Shown here one piece after another: positions 36,856 through 47,253 of a stretch of DNA of 64,000 bases. This DNA comes from a virus (Duplodnaviria; Caudoviricetes). The translations under genes and the position numbers were made by a program. The DNA is taken from the IMG/VR virus record IMGVR_UViG_3300037440_000315, positions 1 to 64,000 of that record. One strand, given 5' to 3'. Within the stretch, counting starts at the first letter, position 1, and each line of letters begins with the position of its first letter. Below the pieces are notes generated by a model. The model did no database searches. It saw nothing but the letters and a program-made list of their open reading frames with translations, and had not been told where the DNA came from.

Positions 36856-39243
36856 TCACTGGACGAGCACGCGGTCAGCCGAACCGGAGCCATAGTGGGC
36901 GTCGAACTGGTCACGCAGTTGCGGGTTGGCTTGCAGTGCGTCGATCGCCGCTTTCGGCGGCTTGCGCATGCGGTAGGCGTTCGCGGGATTGACCTGCACC
37001 GGCATGCCGGTTTCCGGACCTTCCGGCCGCCCCTGATACTGCCGCACCGGATCGCCGACGAAATCCCCGCCGAACGCGCGTGTCGCAAGATCGGTCTCGT
37101 TCAGGAACTCAAGCCGCCGGATCTGCGATGCGGAGATCTTCTCACCCTTGAACAGGCCATCGACGAACCCGGCAAGTTCTTCTGCCGTCTCTTTCGAACG
37201 GCCGTCATATTCGAACGCCTTTGCAGCCGCGACGCGGGCATAGGGTCCATACTGCTCTTCCAGCTTGCCCTGAACTTCTTCCAGTGATTTATAGAGCGCA
37301 TCGCCTTCAAGCCCTCTTGTCGGGGCAAGCACGACGCGGGATTCCTGTTTCGTGATCGGGGACTGCAAGCCTTCGGGAATGCCGACCTTTGCCTGTGCAT
37401 CGATGCGGGCTGCCGCGAGCGCCTGAACGAACTGCGGATCGCCGGGATTTTCGCGGATGCCTTGCTCGGCTTCCTGCACTCCGGGCAGATCTGATACGGC
37501 GCTGGCTGGGTCTTTCTCGCGCAGCGTGCGGATTTTCTCCACCTCTTTCAGCGCCTTGTCGTACAGTTTCGACTTGATTTGATACAGCTCTTCACCGACT
37601 TTCGGTTCGGTCTCGCGGAGACGGTCATCAAGTTCCGGTTCCGTCAGGCTGTTGATATCATTGAATGCCTGGTATTCGAGTTCGGCTTCCTGCCAATCCG
37701 CTTTCAGGTCGGTGAACTGTTTCCGCGTCAGGACGCGCTCGGCACGCTCCAGCGCATTTTCGCCATTCTCATCAAGAATGGTGACGCCTTCATTGCGGAT
37801 TTCCTCGATACTGTCCTTGGTATCCTGAGTTGCCTTGGTGCGGCTGGCGATCTTGGCCTTTTCGATCAGGGTGCGGCGGCGCTCAGATGGCAAGTGCCGG
37901 TACGGACCAAGGAAAACGACATTCGTATCATCCGATGCGGGCGCAGCATCGACGCCGCCAATCCGGCGAACCTTCTCGCCCCACATCTCGACGAAATCAG
38001 CGCTTGTAACGCTCTCAACGCCGCCGGGGAATCGCTTGCGGACATCCTTGGGGATATTGCCCCAGATCGCCATCTTGGCCCATTTATCGCCCTTCTCGCG
38101 GCCTTCTCCGGTCGATGCCATATTCTCCCATGCAGGACGCTCGGGATTGGCCATGTGCGCGGCATAGCCGCCTTCGCCCTGCTGGTGGACCATGTAGAGA
38201 TCGAGCACGCTGGGAGCGCGGCCGTAGGCAGCCTCGAACGTCTCCGCTTCGACCTTCAGTTTCCGCGCCGCTGCATTGGCGTTGGCTACCGGATCGTATA
38301 TGCTGCCTTCGCCGCCATGTTTGCGGAACTCGGCATCGGAAAGCTGGAACAGTCCCTTGTATGAACCGGTCTTTGCTCCGGCGCGGCCGCTGCTTTCGAT
38401 CTGGGCAAAGGTGGCAAGAATGCCGGGGTCGACATCATTTTGCTCGGCTGCGGCATTGATCGCATCATTGATGCCTGCGTCAAACTGCGATACGGGTTTC
38501 CTGTCGCTGGTTGGCCGCGAAAACGGCCTTGCCCTGATCTCCGGGTTTTCGTCCGTATCCGGCTGGCCGCCGTGAAGATCCTTCAGGATTTCACTGAGAT
38601 TGTCACCACGCTCGATGCGGCCAAGTACATGGGATTCCTCAAGTCCGGAATATCCCTTGCGGATTGCCTCATCTTTCTCGATCGCCGTCAGGAACGGATT
38701 GGCGCCGACGAGACTTTCAAAATCCGTGCGGATGCCGTCAAGCGGTTCGCCAGCCTGCGCGCGCGATCCATAGGTGTTCTTGACATCCTCGATCTGATTA
38801 AGCGAGACTCGCTTCTGTTCGCCGCGGGCAAATGTCGATGCCGAGCCGTAGAATTCACGTTCAGCGCTGAACAGCTTGTTGTCGTATTTGCCTTTGAGCG
38901 GAGCGGGAACGGTTGACAGGAATTCCTTTGCGCCTTCACTGTAGCCTTCGACCCAGCGGTTGGCGAACCCGTCGGCCTGTCCCGGCTCAACGCTCCGCAT
39001 GGTCTCGTCAAGATTGAGTTTCTGGTTCCACTTGAATTCCTGGAACCGGCGTTCGGCTTCGAACTCTTGCGCGGGGTCGACATGACTTGCGGCTCTTTCG
39101 ATGTCTTTGCTAACCCCAGACACCGCCCGGCCAAGATCCTGCACGCCTTTGCCGACGGCGGTGACATCATAGCTGGCGATCGGCCGGCCGGTCTTTGCTG
39201 AGGGTAATCCGCCCAGATCCTGCTTTGTCGGAAGACGGGCCAT
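36856..39243 (-). CDS. Internal virion protein with lytic transglycosylase domain
   Basis: AQIESSG..GLFQL..DPVAN..LYMVHQQG. Confidence 0.8.
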   Translation of the reverse strand: MARLPTKQDLGGLPSAKTGRPIASYDVTAVGKGVQDLGRAVSGVSKDIERAASHVDPAQEFEAERRFQEFKWNQKLNLDETMRSVEPGQADGFANRWVEGYSEGAKEFLSTVPAPLKGKYDNKLFSAEREFYGSASTFARGEQKRVSLNQIEDVKNTYGSRAQAGEPLDGIRTDFESLVGANPFLTAIEKDEAIRKGYSGLEESHVLGRIERGDNLSEILKDLHGGQPDTDENPEIRARPFSRPTSDRKPVSQFDAGINDAINAAAEQNDVDPGILATFAQIESSGRAGAKTGSYKGLFQLSDAEFRKHGGEGSIYDPVANANAAARKLKVEAETFEAAYGRAPSVLDLYMVHQQGEGGYAAHMANPERPAWENMASTGEGREKGDKWAKMAIWGNIPKDVRKRFPGGVESVTSADFVEMWGEKVRRIGGVDAAPASDDTNVVFLGPYRHLPSERRRTLIEKAKIASRTKATQDTKDSIEEIRNEGVTILDENGENALERAERVLTRKQFTDLKADWQEAELEYQAFNDINSLTEPELDDRLRETEPKVGEELYQIKSKLYDKALKEVEKIRTLREKDPASAVSDLPGVQEAEQGIRENPGDPQFVQALAAARIDAQAKVGIPEGLQSPITKQESRVVLAPTRGLEGDALYKSLEEVQGKLEEQYGPYARVAAAKAFEYDGRSKETAEELAGFVDGLFKGEKISASQIRRLEFLNETDLATRAFGGDFVGDPVRQYQGRPEGPETGMPVQVNPANAYRMRKPPKAAIDALQANPQLRDQFDAHYGSGSADRVLVQ

Positions 39244-39752
39244 CAGCTGTACCTGTAACTGCCGGAGGAAGAACCGCCGCCAGACCCTGTGTTATATTTC
39301 GACAATCCGGATGAAATCCCCCCGAGGATGGTTGCCGCCGCGGACAGCTTGGATCCCTTCTTCGCCGCCTTGCCGCTGATCCTTGCGCCTGTCGCCTGGG
39401 CTTCGGTCCCGGTACGCCGCGACTTGCCGCCATATTGCGCCATCTGCTCTTGCAGTGTACCGTAGCGCTCGATTTCGTCGGCGAGCGCTAGCGATGTCGG
39501 ATCGGTTGCGGAAAAGCCTGAAGCTGCGGAGCGTGCAGTCAGCGATGACAGCGCCCGCTCCTTCTGCTCACGGAGCTGTTTTGCTTCCTGCTGCCCTTGC
39601 GCCTGTTCTTCCTTGGCGCGGATGTCGAGCTGCGCGGCCTGATATTCAGCCTGTTGCGCTTCGGCATTGCCAGCCGCGATCGTACCCGCCGCAGACACAG
39701 CGGAACCGGCTATTGTCGCAACCATCATGGCTGTGGTAATCGGATCGGCCAA
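39243..39752 (-). CDS. Internal virion (ejection) protein, T7 gp14-like
   Basis: MADP N-terminus, Ala/Gln-rich helices, AASG motif; positional. Confidence 0.7.
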   Translation of the reverse strand: MADPITTAMMVATIAGSAVSAAGTIAAGNAEAQQAEYQAAQLDIRAKEEQAQGQQEAKQLREQKERALSSLTARSAASGFSATDPTSLALADEIERYGTLQEQMAQYGGKSRRTGTEAQATGARISGKAAKKGSKLSAAATILGGISSGLSKYNTGSGGGSSSGSYRYS

Positions 39753-40112
39753 TTAAGCCCTCCAACGGAAAAATATCATTGATCTGGGGTCAATCTCAAA
39801 ACCAAGGCTTGTCAGCCATTTCAGGGAACCGGCTTCGCCTTCATCACGGCAGGCATAGATGATGCGGACGCCGGAGCGGCGGGCGTCGGCGAGAAACCGG
39901 ATCGCCGCTCTCATGATGTGAACTTTGTATTTCCGGGCTTCTTCCGGCAAATCAGCAAACGCATACCAGCGGCCAGATTGCAGATACATGCCGCCGATGC
40001 CTATGATCCTGCCGTCAAGCTCGCCGACGACGGCGCGGATGGTTTGCGCGCTTGGGCGTCCGGCGTAAGCTTCGATGTCAGCGCGAGTTGCGGGGCGGAC
40101 AGTCAGGCTCAC
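39753..40112 (-). CDS. GNAT-like protein (T7 gp13 position)
   Basis: VRPATRADI, IIGIGG, S.KWL..LGF. Confidence 0.65.
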   Translation of the reverse strand: MSLTVRPATRADIEAYAGRPSAQTIRAVVGELDGRIIGIGGMYLQSGRWYAFADLPEEARKYKVHIMRAAIRFLADARRSGVRIIYACRDEGEAGSLKWLTSLGFEIDPRSMIFFRWRA

Positions 40113-40114
40113 CG

Positions 40115-43100
40115 CTACTTCTCATTGGTGCCGACGGTCGGCACCACGGCCAACACGGTCGCCGGACGCGGCGATGCGGCGCGCAGGATCAGCCTCGGGT
40201 CAGTCTCATACGTTCCCGGCACCGGCACCGCGACCTGATCCAGCGTTTCATGGATCGTGTCGACATCGATCACCTTGCCGTCAATCCGACCGGACAGGCT
40301 GTCGAGTTCGCCGGTGTCCTTTGCCCCGAACTGAATGCCGGACTGGTGCGTCTTGTAGAGGATCAGCGAGGCTTGCGGAACGCGCTTGACCTGGCCCAAC
40401 GCGCTGCCCATTTCCGCCGCGTAGGCCAATTTGCTCGACTTCCACGTCGCCTTATACGGCAATCCGAGCACGCCTTGGCTGACACCATCGGTAAGACCTG
40501 ATAGCGTCAGATCGCCGCCTGTGTCGAGAGTATAGCGCGTCTGCAATGAGCCGATGCCGGGGGACAGATCAACGAACGGCGTCGAACCGCTGTCGAGATC
40601 GCCCCATGCAACGACTGATTCCCCGCCCAGATGCTCTGCCGCATCGGCGAATGTCAGCGCCTGGCTGGACCCAGTTCCGAAGATAACTGCGCAATCCATC
40701 AAATAGGACAGCCCTGTGTCACCAAGGCATTCGCTTTCCAAGGCCCACTTTTCGAGGTATCGTTTATGCGAGCCGTTGATGGTGCGGCGGATGTGATAGT
40801 AAACGGCGTCTTCTTCGATGCCGGGAAGCACCATGGCGCGCTCGACGAGCGGAGATGTACCGGTGTCAGATTCGAATATCGACCAGGCAATCACTTCCTC
40901 GTTGGGCTCGTAAGTTAAAATCCCAACGCGGCCATCGCCCAGCACACAATGAATGCGCGTATCCGGCTGGCGCTGAACCGCGATCGACACGACGCCAGCC
41001 GCGAGAAGATCCGGCACCAGCAGCGTAAGCTCGAAAGCTTCATAATCGGCGAGCGTGTTTTGCGCCGGGCCGAGTTCGAAAACACGCTGTTTCGATCTCT
41101 GCACCATAATGGCGCGGGTATCGAGCGCGACGGCGCGGACGTTTGCCGAGCCTTGCGTCGAGAACGGCACGATGCTGGAATTGCTTGGCGTCAAGGGTTC
41201 ATCAAGCGACGAGGATTTGACCGTCAGTTCCGATCCTGCTGTGCCAACCAGCAGACGCAGCACCGACATGAGGAAATGGATGTTGTCGACGGGACCGGAG
41301 CCAATCGTCCTGATGATCGGCGCGGCATCGCCTTCGACGCTGACATCGAAGTTCTCGAAATCATCCGAGGCTGACAGGAAGATGCTGCCGCCTTGGGCAT
41401 GCGCCAGCCGTCCGCCATGCAGGCGGTTTGCGGTCGGGAACCCGCGCGCCTCCGACCAGTGTCCGAACTGCCAATTATCCGTCATGCCTGTATCGGAGAA
41501 CCGTGACAGGACTTCGATATCGACATCGGTGTTGGAGTTGTAGCCGGTGATGCGGGCGCGGCCGGTGACGCTGCCACCGGCATAAGTGAACTCGACAAGC
41601 GCAGCGCCGGATGTGTATTCCATCATCCGGGCTCGGTAATGAACCGAGATATTATCTTGCGTATCGTCGAGATTGGCGCTGAATGTGCCCGTATCGGTGC
41701 CCGCTGTGTCACCAGTATCAAGCTGCGTCTGCCCTATATTTTGGGTGATTGGCTTGAAGCCAAAATCCGGACCATCGAAAGAACGCTCGATCGCGATGCG
41801 CCCAGCATATGCGCCAGTCACGGAGACGGTAATGCGCCGTTCGTTGGATGCGTTGGGAGTTCCCGTATCACCAATGCCCGTGACTTCAATCGGGTCCGTC
41901 TTAGCATCCAGCGCGCCGAGCGCCCATTCACCGCCTTGACCCTCGTGGAACAACCGCACCAGCGAACCGACATGACCGGAACGGAACACCGGGATATCGG
42001 AATTCAGCTTGGTGTTGCCGTAAAAATGCGAGACAGAAAGCTTGGCTGATGACGACGGTGACGACAGAAATGGCCCATCATCCGGCGCATAATCGACGAC
42101 TGACCATGACCTGCCGGTGCCGCGGCGCTCGATCTTCTGCGGTCTGACGCCATTGCAGTTTGCAAAGAGCACATCGGCCGACTGGTCATAGCGGACATTA
42201 TCAAGATCGTTTCCCGTCCACGGCGTTCTAACCTCCACCGTGCCGCTGTCGCCGATCGACAGGGAATTGACGATGCGATCAATCAAGGCATCGCTTTGAA
42301 CCGTTACATGGAAATCCGTTGTCGGCGTGAAAGCGAGATTATGGTATCCAGTGCCGAGCGAAGCTTCCGAGATGTAGTCGTCATCACCGGCTGTTGATCC
42401 GACGCGCAGCGTTACCGGTCCGCGCGACACATGGATCGCAAGCGAATGCTCCGTGCCAGTATCAGAAACGATCACGCGCTTTTGGTATTTCGCGCGAGCG
42501 CCTATCGAGCTTGCGTTAAGAACGAGGGACCCGCCCTGTATTTGAGTCTGAACTGCGCTGACAGCGGTAAACATCTCGATTTCGGCGATGTTGAGTTCCG
42601 TATCGCCATCGACTGCCGTGAAGAACAGCCGCCAGTGTCGGCGCGCTTCAACCGTTCCGGTATCTGCGCCGGGAAGGGTAAATGAGCGTCTTTCGCTTGT
42701 CGCCCAGCCGGTCTGACCGGAGCGCTCGTCTTCCAGCGTCCACTTTCCAGTGTCGGTTGCGAACGTTCCGGTATCGAAGTTTCCCGTGATCAGACGCCAG
42801 GCGGTTGGCGCATTGTCGAGCCCCCCGGCAAAATCTACGGCACGGATGGAATATGATGTAATGGCTTTCCTGTCGACGGTATTTGCGCCAGTATCAAAAT
42901 CAGCATTCCACCAACTTGGAAGCGCATTGCCTCCGGGCCCCCCAGCATTCCCCGTATCCTTCCATTCTGTGGAGTTGCTGTCATCTGCCGCAAACCAGGC
43001 AGGACCGAAGTCTTCCTCTACTGAGGACGTCACTTCCGATGACGCCGTTATCGTCACGCCAGCGGTAGACGGCCCTGTCATCGTGGGAATGACATCCGTG

Positions 43101-43510
43101 CCATCACCAAATGATATAACCCCGCCAGTCGATCCGTTCACCCACCCGGTATCCGTCAACGCGACCGTCGTATCGACGGCTGGCCTTCCCAGCAGCGACA
43201 GGTCATGCGCATCCGAGCCCTGCCATGAGCGCATTGTTCCAAGGCCGGAACCGGTGTCGTTGGTCAGTTCGAGAAGGGCAAGATCATCGGCCGAGGCGAT
43301 GAATTCGAGGAACTCTGCTCCAGAATCGTTAAAAGAAGACCCGATGAACTTCGTGCCAGGACGCAAGGTCATCGGACCTTGGGTTTTCGGCAACCAGTTC
43401 GTCATGGTTTCCGCGGACAGCCGCGTGCGGTCGAGATCAACGCGCGCAAGCGATTTGGGAGATATGATTCCGCGCTGGAAGGCCAGCAGAGGGACATTCT
43501 GACGCGCCAT
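40115..43510 (-). CDS. Tail tubular protein B/nozzle with inserted discoidin-like domain; 16 DTG plus 3 DSG
   Basis: AF..G..SP...RVD N-terminus, RPGTKF, QSADV, GFP..RL, GLPY motifs. Confidence 0.85.
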   Translation of the reverse strand: MARQNVPLLAFQRGIISPKSLARVDLDRTRLSAETMTNWLPKTQGPMTLRPGTKFIGSSFNDSGAEFLEFIASADDLALLELTNDTGSGLGTMRSWQGSDAHDLSLLGRPAVDTTVALTDTGWVNGSTGGVISFGDGTDVIPTMTGPSTAGVTITASSEVTSSVEEDFGPAWFAADDSNSTEWKDTGNAGGPGGNALPSWWNADFDTGANTVDRKAITSYSIRAVDFAGGLDNAPTAWRLITGNFDTGTFATDTGKWTLEDERSGQTGWATSERRSFTLPGADTGTVEARRHWRLFFTAVDGDTELNIAEIEMFTAVSAVQTQIQGGSLVLNASSIGARAKYQKRVIVSDTGTEHSLAIHVSRGPVTLRVGSTAGDDDYISEASLGTGYHNLAFTPTTDFHVTVQSDALIDRIVNSLSIGDSGTVEVRTPWTGNDLDNVRYDQSADVLFANCNGVRPQKIERRGTGRSWSVVDYAPDDGPFLSSPSSSAKLSVSHFYGNTKLNSDIPVFRSGHVGSLVRLFHEGQGGEWALGALDAKTDPIEVTGIGDTGTPNASNERRITVSVTGAYAGRIAIERSFDGPDFGFKPITQNIGQTQLDTGDTAGTDTGTFSANLDDTQDNISVHYRARMMEYTSGAALVEFTYAGGSVTGRARITGYNSNTDVDIEVLSRFSDTGMTDNWQFGHWSEARGFPTANRLHGGRLAHAQGGSIFLSASDDFENFDVSVEGDAAPIIRTIGSGPVDNIHFLMSVLRLLVGTAGSELTVKSSSLDEPLTPSNSSIVPFSTQGSANVRAVALDTRAIMVQRSKQRVFELGPAQNTLADYEAFELTLLVPDLLAAGVVSIAVQRQPDTRIHCVLGDGRVGILTYEPNEEVIAWSIFESDTGTSPLVERAMVLPGIEEDAVYYHIRRTINGSHKRYLEKWALESECLGDTGLSYLMDCAVIFGTGSSQALTFADAAEHLGGESVVAWGDLDSGSTPFVDLSPGIGSLQTRYTLDTGGDLTLSGLTDGVSQGVLGLPYKATWKSSKLAYAAEMGSALGQVKRVPQASLILYKTHQSGIQFGAKDTGELDSLSGRIDGKVIDVDTIHETLDQVAVPVPGTYETDPRLILRAASPRPATVLAVVPTVGTNEK

Positions 43511-43516
43511 GGTGCG

Positions 43517-44164
43517 TTACCCTATCAGGTTTCCGCGTGATCCGCGGTCGCGGCTTCCGCCTGAACTTCCCCACCGGGCGCGCGTCCAACTGCCGGTCGG
43601 CCTGAATTTCGGCTGGGATTCATCCATGGCGTCAATGTTCTTTGCCTCTTTCCGCGCCTTGTCGCGGAGCTTGCCGATATTTTCCTTGAGCGAATTGTTC
43701 TGCGTCAGAGCAAGGCAGACGCGCTCGGCAATCTCAAGCGAAACGAACCGGGAGAACTTTGCCGGCCATCTTGTCAGATCGAGCCCGAGTCCGGTATCAT
43801 TCGACACATAGCGGAAATAGAGCGGCGTCACGTCGGCGGACCAGAAATTTGCGTCATCGTAATAGTTGATGAGCGGATTGGCGAAATACTCGTCTTCGCT
43901 CACCCCCGATGTCCGCACCCAATCCGACGGCTTGGCGAACACCTCCGTGTAGCCGAACTCCGGCGTCACGCCGGTATCCGCCGCGGCCTTGATGGTCTCC
44001 ATGGCGAAGTTCCAGTGGCCGGACGCGATGCATTCGGCCACCACATCGCTCCAGACGGCAGTGGTTTCCCTCGCCGCCTTGATGTCTTCGCCGGTGTCGG
44101 TGATGCGCTCATTGCCGAGTTCGACAAGGCTGGCATTGATCACGCCGAGTTTGGTCGCGGCCAC
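43517..44164 (-). CDS. Tail tubular protein A/adaptor; 3 DTG
   Basis: IN.SL.ELG..I, HWNFA, F.KPSDWVR, RYVS, W..AR motifs. Confidence 0.85.
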   Translation of the reverse strand: MAATKLGVINASLVELGNERITDTGEDIKAARETTAVWSDVVAECIASGHWNFAMETIKAAADTGVTPEFGYTEVFAKPSDWVRTSGVSEDEYFANPLINYYDDANFWSADVTPLYFRYVSNDTGLGLDLTRWPAKFSRFVSLEIAERVCLALTQNNSLKENIGKLRDKARKEAKNIDAMDESQPKFRPTGSWTRARWGSSGGSRDRGSRGNLIG

Positions 44165-44629
44165 TTAAGCGGCCTCCTCGGCGGCTTCTTTCGGATCAGA
44201 CCACGGCAGACCGGTCGCCACGTTGATCGGCATAGCCTTGCCGGTTTTCGGATCAACCGACGGTCCGACGCAGGAGACCTGCAAGCCACACGGCTGCTTG
44301 AATGCATCGCGGACAACCGCAACGATCTGCAGATGTGCGCGCCACTGATAATTGTGCCCATGCAACACGATGTCCGAACCAATCCAATCCTGCGGTTTGG
44401 TGGCGCGAAAGGCTGCCTGAGCCCACGCTCCCGGGATTAACGCCCCTTCAAATGACATGCCCTCTGGCGCTATCGTCGTAAGAATGGCATGTTTTTGCCC
44501 AAGGCTTTTCAACGCGTCGGCCGTGAATTTCTTGATCGTTGGCTCGCGCTTCTTTCTCAAGACTTCGGTTTTAACCGGCTCACCCTGCACAGACTTGGTA
44601 GGGACCTTTAGACGACGAGGCTCTGGCAT
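44165..44629 (-). CDS. Hypothetical late protein
   Basis: ORF between the capsid and tail genes. Confidence 0.6.
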   Translation of the reverse strand: MPEPRRLKVPTKSVQGEPVKTEVLRKKREPTIKKFTADALKSLGQKHAILTTIAPEGMSFEGALIPGAWAQAAFRATKPQDWIGSDIVLHGHNYQWRAHLQIVAVVRDAFKQPCGLQVSCVGPSVDPKTGKAMPINVATGLPWSDPKEAAEEAA

Positions 44630-44692
44630 TAAGTATGTCCTATATGTTGTTAAAAGGGAGACGGGCGGCAAGTTGCCGCCCGTTCACGACTG

Positions 44693-44962
44693 TTACGGCT
44701 GGCCAGTATCGAACCGGACCGTGCCCTGCGTGTCGCCAGTATCCTGCGCCGTGATGAAATAGCCATTCCACACCACGTCATTGGTCTGATCGACAACCCT
44801 TATCGGATCACCTGGGACAGCCCCGTAATCCGTGGCATTGGTGAAATAGCCGACCGCCTGATAGGCTCCGACTGATTCACCGCCAGTATCGATGTACTGG
44901 AACTGTCTCGCAGAAACGAGGCCCTGTGAGACGAGGGAAAGTCTTCCGGGATCATAACCCAT
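44693..44962 (-). CDS. Small virion protein (capsid-decoration candidate); 3 DTG
   Basis: Directly after the capsid gene, strong GGAGG RBS, GYF.NA..G..GD.I.V motif. Confidence 0.7.
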   Translation of the reverse strand: MGYDPGRLSLVSQGLVSARQFQYIDTGGESVGAYQAVGYFTNATDYGAVPGDPIRVVDQTNDVVWNGYFITAQDTGDTQGTVRFDTGQP

Positions 44963-44975
44963 TGTTCAGCCCTCC

Positions 44976-45809
44976 TTAGATCGCTGATGCATCGTGCAGG
45001 AACTGCACAACGCCGGATTGCTGGAGCATGACCGTGCCAGTGAACGAAGATGCGCGGGCCCAGGAATAGTCCTGCTCTTCATCATAACCGATCTTGACGT
45101 CCAGATTTTCCATATCGAAGGCAGACCCGATGCTATTCTTGTGATAGAAATAGCATTTCTCGGCTGAAGTCCCTACGCCGGTCAGGTTGGGATGAAAGAT
45201 CCAGTTAAAGCCAGCCCAGCGCATGACGCGCTTGGAAGGCCCGTTAAGGAATTTCATGTCCACGTAATCGACGCTGTCAAACTCCGGGATCTGCATCAGA
45301 TAACCGCGCACCGCTGGCGTGCAGACGGCGAACATGTTATCTTCTTCTTCGACTGGAACCTCGTTTTCACCGAGGGTCGTGAGCGCACTCGCAACGACAT
45401 TCAGGGACATTGTATCCCCGGTCGACCCGAGATTGTTCGTCGCCGTGTCCAGAATATCGATGATGTCCTGATCGAGGCGGCGATTGAGCACCATGCGGGT
45501 AGTATCCTGCATGAGCTTGCGCTGGTTGCCCTGGGACTGGAAGATGTTGAACCGCGTCTTGCGGACCAGATCGTTCCATTCCTTGACGGTTGCGGTATAC
45601 TGGGTCATGTCATCGTGGCGAGCCTCGATGAGACCTTCGATGCCGCGAGAACTGGCAGCTGCCCCGCCAGAACCGGCGACCAGGAACGTCGCCTGATTGC
45701 CGCTACGCTGATGTTCGGTTACGGTGGTATGCCGCAACCAGGTTTTCCCCTCTTCAAATGTCGCGATCAACTGATCTCGATATTGAATCATCGGGGCTGA
45801 GTTAGCCAT
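44976..45809 (-). CDS. Major capsid protein
   Basis: QY....ATFE...LR, R..DQDII..L, W.GFNWI.HP.L, YHK.SIG, QQSGVV motifs; follows the scaffold. Confidence 0.85.
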   Translation of the reverse strand: MANSAPMIQYRDQLIATFEEGKTWLRHTTVTEHQRSGNQATFLVAGSGGAAASSRGIEGLIEARHDDMTQYTATVKEWNDLVRKTRFNIFQSQGNQRKLMQDTTRMVLNRRLDQDIIDILDTATNNLGSTGDTMSLNVVASALTTLGENEVPVEEEDNMFAVCTPAVRGYLMQIPEFDSVDYVDMKFLNGPSKRVMRWAGFNWIFHPNLTGVGTSAEKCYFYHKNSIGSAFDMENLDVKIGYDEEQDYSWARASSFTGTVMLQQSGVVQFLHDASAI

Positions 45810-46003
45810 AATGGCACCTCTCGATTGTTTGAAAGATGCCGTTGCGTTCCGGTTGACCCTTTCCGGCGCATGTCAGGGTTGACCGATCAAGTGAATGACC
45901 GGCGCCGTCTATGCGCCCAAGAGCGCTTCACGAACGGTGGGTGGATGTGCGATCGATCCGGCGCCGGGAATCCGGGTTAACCAGATGAATGATCGCGAAC
46001 GTA

Positions 46004-47074
46004 TCAGGCGCTTTGACGCGCCCGAATCTTGAGTTGAGCTTCGATGAGTTCGAGTTCTCGTTTCTGAACCGCGTCGCTCTGATATTTCTGTGGATCGGTC
46101 TTGCGGAGACCACGGATTTTTTCGAGTTCGGCATCGACAGACTGTGTTCCGGCTCCGTCCTCGACAACGCTGGCGGCCGGGTTGATTTCGCCACGGATGG
46201 AATCGAGCCAGCGCAGCATGTCGGGATCGTTGCCGACCCTCTTGCCGTCGGCCATGCGGCCGCCCATCAGACGGGCGAAAAGCCCATCCTCGTTCTTGAC
46301 ATCGACGCCGCCCGGCGCAGTTGCAAAGATCGAGCCGATCGCATTGGAGCGGCGCTTGAAGGCCGGGCCCCATTCTTCCTTGATCGCCGTCTCGGATTCG
46401 CGGCGGAACTCGTCGTCGGAATCATCCATCTCGGCGGCCGCCTGTTCCTGTCTGGCGAAATACCAGTTGGCGGCCTTGCTGACGAAATCCGGCGCCGACG
46501 CCGCGCCGTGGACCGCGCCGAGGAACTCGTTCAGGACCGGCTTGTCATCATCGCCGAGCACTGCGCCGTCCTTCAGAGCGATCTGCTCCAGCATTTCTTC
46601 CGGCTTCTCGGTCCAGCCGAGCGCCTTCTGGAAGGCTTTGACATCCTCGTCCTTGGCGTCCTTGCCGGGCATTTTCACGAGACCGCCTGTATTCAGGCGG
46701 TTGTCCAATTCGCGATACATGCCGTAGACCCCGGACGGGTCGGTTATGCGCTTCAGGCGGGTCAGTTCTTTCTTGTAGAGCTTCTGGTCGCCTGCCGAGA
46801 TATGCTCTGCGAGCTTTTCGCGCCAATCATCCGGCCAATACGGCTTGTGCTCGTCCGCCGCCTTGTCTTCCTTGGCCTTGGCTTCCGCCTCGGCATCGGC
46901 TCCGGTGGCGATGGTTTTGCCTTTGGGGTCAGCGTCTGTATCCTGCGGCTTGGCGTCTTTAGGCGGGTCGGACTTCCCGTCTTCCGCCGGCGCATCAGAA
47001 GCGCCATCGTCCGCATCAGGCACTAGCGCGAGGTCGTCTGCCGTGATTTCCTGCCTTGCTTCATCCGTCATCAA
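46004..47074 (-). CDS. Capsid scaffolding protein
   Basis: Acidic N-terminus, WPDDWR, IKEEWG; located between portal and capsid. Confidence 0.75.
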   Translation of the reverse strand: MMTDEARQEITADDLALVPDADDGASDAPAEDGKSDPPKDAKPQDTDADPKGKTIATGADAEAEAKAKEDKAADEHKPYWPDDWREKLAEHISAGDQKLYKKELTRLKRITDPSGVYGMYRELDNRLNTGGLVKMPGKDAKDEDVKAFQKALGWTEKPEEMLEQIALKDGAVLGDDDKPVLNEFLGAVHGAASAPDFVSKAANWYFARQEQAAAEMDDSDDEFRRESETAIKEEWGPAFKRRSNAIGSIFATAPGGVDVKNEDGLFARLMGGRMADGKRVGNDPDMLRWLDSIRGEINPAASVVEDGAGTQSVDAELEKIRGLRKTDPQKYQSDAVQKRELELIEAQLKIRARQSA

Positions 47075-47253
47075 GCACCTTTTGACTTATCGCCAATGGC
47101 TTCCATGTCCGCCATCAGCTCTTTCTTGCACTGCATCGCCGCCTTCAAACGGGGCGAGTCCTTCTTGATCTTTTCCGCCTCGATGAGCGTGTGGAGATCA
47201 GCCTTGGCCATCATTTTCTTGTCGTCTGGCATCTTGCCGTAGGCTCCCGCCAT
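47071..47253 (-). CDS. Small hypothetical protein
   Basis: AAGGAG RBS; A..D..TL.EAE.IK.D..R.KAA motif. Confidence 0.6.
   Translation of the reverse strand: MAGAYGKMPDDKKMMAKADLHTLIEAEKIKKDSPRLKAAMQCKKELMADMEAIGDKSKGA

Noticed and set aside
40115-43510. DTG as the aspartic-protease catalytic motif
   Set aside because: It occurs many times per protein in unrelated structural folds, without the consistent hydrophobic-hydrophobic-DTG context or protease domain size.
22449-44962. DTG as a DNA-level repeat or binding site
   Set aside because: Synonymous positions vary and the instances I examined are in frame within coding regions; conservation is at the peptide level.
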